This document shows positions 5,583 to 8,180 of a stretch of 8,180 nucleotides of DNA, in pieces. The stretch spans positions 1 through 8,180 of the forward strand of contig CAZECW010000197.1 in assembly GCA_964510585.1 (NCBI GenBank), given 5' to 3'. Within the stretch, counting starts at the first letter, position 1. Each line of letters starts with the position of its first letter. The translations under genes and the position numbers were made by a program. A model generated the notes under the pieces. It was not told the DNA's origin and ran no database searches. It was given only the letters and a program-made list of their open reading frames with translations. Source of the stretch: an uncultured archaeon (GTDB taxonomy: Archaea; Asgardarchaeota; Jordiarchaeia; Jordiarchaeales; Jordiarchaeaceae).

Positions 5583-7109
5583 ATGCAAAATAAATACCAC
5601 TACTTGCTATCCTTTCTGGCGCCGCTGATAGTTAGAGCAATCCCTGAAATTGTTTCTTTTCCTTGGCCTTTGGGTTACGACACGGTTACTTGGTATGCTC
5701 CTGTCATTAATTTGTGTCAGATTTATGGTCCGCTTTATAGTTTGACTGTTTTTACGGATTGGCGTAATGCTCCTCTTCTCTACATGTTTATGGGCTTTTT
5801 GGGTTATGTTTCCCGGTTGGATCCTTTTTTGGTAACTAAGTGTTTTGGCCCTTTTCTTAGTGGATGTTTGGGATTGGTCGTATTCTTTTTTTCGCGGAAT
5901 TATTTGGGTTGGAGTGACAAAAAGAGTTTGGCTTGTGCTTTGATCTGTGCCTCTTATTTTGTTACTCTTAGGTTGACTTGGGATTCCTATAGGAACGTTT
6001 TGGGACTTATCCTTTTTATTATTGCCCTGTCGCAGTTACCAAATTTAGAAAAAAGGCGTAATGCTCTTCTGTTTTTTGTTTTTTGCTTTCTTTGCGCTTT
6101 TTCGCATGAGCTGGTAACCATTATCCTGCTAATTACCTTGTTTTACTTGGCTTCGTTGGAAATTTATAGGAAATTGAAAGGTGGTGTTTTTCAAAAGGGG
6201 AGGTTGATTGTGCTTGTTTCTTCTTTTTTGTTGCCCATGGTACTTTTTGCATTGTACTATACGAACTGGTTGGGTAACAGTTTGTTCTATTTCTATAATC
6301 CTTTTTCTGAATCTCTTTTTGGAGGGGTTTTGGTGGATTACATTTCTCTCCGAACCGGTTTTTACCTGTATCCCAGCGTTGACGTTTTGAACGCGCATAT
6401 TCTTCTGCTCTTCTTTATTTGTTTTGGTCCGATTCTGCCTTTTGTTGTGTTGGGATATTTTAAAAATGAGGTTTTAGACGTTACTACGCTTTTCCTTTTG
6501 GTGGGTTCTTTTATGCCTATGGTTTTGCCCCATTCTGCGCTGCCTCTATGGTCGAGGTGGATGCTTATGCTCACCGTGCCTTTTTCAATTTATGTTGCTA
6601 ACTTCCTTTTCCCAGACGAAACAGGTGCGGTGCTGGCGGAAAAATTGAGAGTGCCAGTTTTTATGCGTGCCAAGCTTCTGGTTTTAATTATTCTTTTGTT
6701 AGTTATTTTTTCGTCTACCTACATGGTTCTGCCTGCGGAATCTGCCTTCCCCTACTTTAGCAATTTTAACACTGCAAGGTATCTTCCCCCAACCATGCAG
6801 TATAATACTGTTCCCATTTCTAGGTCTCAGGACATAGTTATTGCCTTGACCTGGCTGAGTTTTAACATGTCTTGGGACTCATGCGTTGTTGCCCATGAAA
6901 GTTTGGCCGGTTGGACAAAGTTGGCTTTCCCCTTCAAACAGATCTATACTTATAGTTCTGTGGATGTGTATCTTGAATCTGCACTTTTTTGGTCCCAATT
7001 TTTTGGCAAGGTTTACATTTTAACTATGGCTCCCTACGACATCATCATAGCACAAAGGGGATTTAACTTAGTGTTCCAGTTTGGCCTAGTTAGAATCTAC
7101 ACAAAATGA
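5583..7109 (+). CDS. Polytopic membrane protein, GT-C-fold-like (STT3/PMT-superfamily architecture) with a C-terminal soluble domain
   Basis: About 11-13 hydrophobic segments by eye. TM1-Arg is followed by PWPLGYDT (acidic residue in the first external loop), then LTWDSYRN.LG and SHEL, and a hydrophilic C-terminal ~110 aa. The ORF track starts at TTG 5568; ATG 5583 is preferred because of the GGAG SD. The CDS is certain; the function is inferred. Confidence 0.65.
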   Translation: MQNKYHYLLSFLAPLIVRAIPEIVSFPWPLGYDTVTWYAPVINLCQIYGPLYSLTVFTDWRNAPLLYMFMGFLGYVSRLDPFLVTKCFGPFLSGCLGLVVFFFSRNYLGWSDKKSLACALICASYFVTLRLTWDSYRNVLGLILFIIALSQLPNLEKRRNALLFFVFCFLCAFSHELVTIILLITLFYLASLEIYRKLKGGVFQKGRLIVLVSSFLLPMVLFALYYTNWLGNSLFYFYNPFSESLFGGVLVDYISLRTGFYLYPSVDVLNAHILLLFFICFGPILPFVVLGYFKNEVLDVTTLFLLVGSFMPMVLPHSALPLWSRWMLMLTVPFSIYVANFLFPDETGAVLAEKLRVPVFMRAKLLVLIILLLVIFSSTYMVLPAESAFPYFSNFNTARYLPPTMQYNTVPISRSQDIVIALTWLSFNMSWDSCVVAHESLAGWTKLAFPFKQIYTYSSVDVYLESALFWSQFFGKVYILTMAPYDIIIAQRGFNLVFQFGLVRIYTK

Positions 7110-7150
7110 GGCCACCAAGCTTATTTCTACATCGATTCGTTTAACCTTTG

Positions 7151-7192
7151 GACAACATATTTTTTGTTTGTCTGGTTTGTTGTGTTTATTTT
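7151..7192 (+). terminator. Putative terminator (short hairpin plus T-rich tract) downstream of the second membrane gene
   Basis: GACAA (7151-7155) pairs with TTGTC (7168-7172), extendable by CA/TG with a bulge, followed by TGGTTTGTTGTGTTTATTTT. Oligo-T tracts are the usual archaeal termination signal. Confidence 0.35.
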
Positions 7193-7265
7193 ATCATAAC
7201 TCTTAAATTGGTGATGAATCCCTTAACACTTGGAATGTTTATGTGAATTTGTGGAGATGGGAAAA

Positions 7266-8180
7266 ATGGCAGTGGAAAAGTATGCTGATGAGATAAGGTT
7301 TTGTGCTTCGTGTGCGAAGATGTGTCGTCACGTTTGCACCTCGGGCACCATTACAAAGTCTGAGACCGCTACGCCCTATGGGCGATGCCTACTTGCATAC
7401 TATATTGAGAACGGAGTAATTGAACCCAGCAAAGAAGTGCTTGACGCCCTCTATCAGTGCACCACCTGTGGTTTATGTCAGGCTAACTGCCTTTTGGACT
7501 ATGATATTCCGGGGGTGGTTGAGGCTCTGCGGGCGGAACTTGTGGAGAAGGGGTTTGCAAATGAGGATGCGGCTAGACTTGCCGAGAACGCTGGTAGGGA
7601 GCATAATCCTTACGGTGAGCCCCACTCGCAGCGTTTCTCCAAGTTGAAAGCCACGAAAAAGGCGAATCCCGAAGTGATTTATTTCGTGGGCTGTACAAGT
7701 GCTTACCGTAATCCCGAGATTGCCGAAGCGGTTCTAAAAATTTTAGACAGGGCTGGTGTTGGCTACACGGTTTTGAATGATGAGTGGTGTTGCGGTTCGC
7801 CCATTCTTAGAACTGGTTATCGAAGGCAGGCCAGGGAGTTGATGAGACACAACCAGGAAATGCTTAACAGCCTAGATGCCAAAACTATTGTTGTGTCCTG
7901 CGCCGGATGCTACAAGACTCTGAAGCAGGATTATCCTGAGCAGGGATTTCCTCTAAAAGCCGAAGTGCTACACGCATCAGAATTCATCCAGAAACTAATG
8001 AACGTGAAGGAAATCAAAATCGATAAGAAGATTAAAAAGATTGTAACCTACCACGACCCTTGCCACTTGGGGAGGCACTCCGAAATTTATGATGCCCCCA
8101 GAAAACTCTTAAAACAGATTCCGGGAGTGCAACTGGTGGAAATGGAGTTCAACAGGGAGAATGCTCACTGTTGTGGAAGT
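7266..8180 (+). CDS. (Fe-S)-binding protein, heterodisulfide reductase HdrD / GlpC-like (two N-terminal 4Fe-4S motifs plus CCG domains); partial, runs off the window
   Basis: Not in the ORF track because it has no stop in the window; translated by hand: MAVEKYADEIRFCASCAKMCRHVC...YQCTTCGLCQANC...YFVGCTSAY...EWCCGSP...SCAGC...TYHDPCHLGR...NAHCCGS. GGAGATG SD-like element at 7253-7259. Alternative in-frame starts: ATG 7257 and GTG 7251. Confidence 0.9.
   Translation, partial: MAVEKYADEIRFCASCAKMCRHVCTSGTITKSETATPYGRCLLAYYIENGVIEPSKEVLDALYQCTTCGLCQANCLLDYDIPGVVEALRAELVEKGFANEDAARLAENAGREHNPYGEPHSQRFSKLKATKKANPEVIYFVGCTSAYRNPEIAEAVLKILDRAGVGYTVLNDEWCCGSPILRTGYRRQARELMRHNQEMLNSLDAKTIVVSCAGCYKTLKQDYPEQGFPLKAEVLHASEFIQKLMNVKEIKIDKKIKKIVTYHDPCHLGRHSEIYDAPRKLLKQIPGVQLVEMEFNRENAHCCGS

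Noticed and set aside
7211-7288. GTGATGA (box C) at 7211-7217 with CTGA at 7285-7288 as a possible C/D sRNA; similar pair at 317-397
   Set aside because: The span (~80 nt) is too long for typical archaeal C/D sRNAs, there is no proper internal D'/C' pair, and the D box at 7285 lies inside a CDS.
1047-7647. Short track ORFs 1047-1277, 4750-4956, 5059-5250, 6129-6398, 6208-6390, 6362-6574 and 7420-7647
   Set aside because: All lie within strongly supported genes (antisense or alternate frame) and have no motifs. They are shadow ORFs.
1-8180. CRISPR array, rRNA, tRNA, transposase/integrase or selenocysteine recoding
   Set aside because: No regularly spaced repeats, RNA-gene signatures, DDE or recombinase motifs, or in-frame TGA in the Cys-rich gene were seen.

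Overview
A cell-envelope glycosylation locus, probably archaeal (TATA/BRE-like boxes, a GGTGA-type Shine-Dalgarno, an ALG5/AglJ-type GT2; the taxonomy is inference only). It holds an overlapping GT2 (polyprenyl-phosphate hexose synthase-like) and GT4 pair (514-2393), a 627-aa polytopic GT-C-like protein (2786-4669), a reverse-strand class I SAM methyltransferase (4740-5465) and a second GT-C-like membrane protein (5583-7109). A higher-GC HdrD/GlpC-like Fe-S/CCG-domain gene runs off the right edge (7266->8180) and is missing from the ORF track. No rRNA, tRNA, CRISPR array or transposase was found. The most interesting signals are the apparently self-contained lipid-linked-sugar/GT-C pathway, an AglB-like C-terminal segment lacking WWDYG, a 4-TM extension on the first GT-C, two hairpin-rich non-coding patches, and a 16-bp direct repeat in the divergent promoter region. 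All family calls come from motif recognition by eye; no searches were run.
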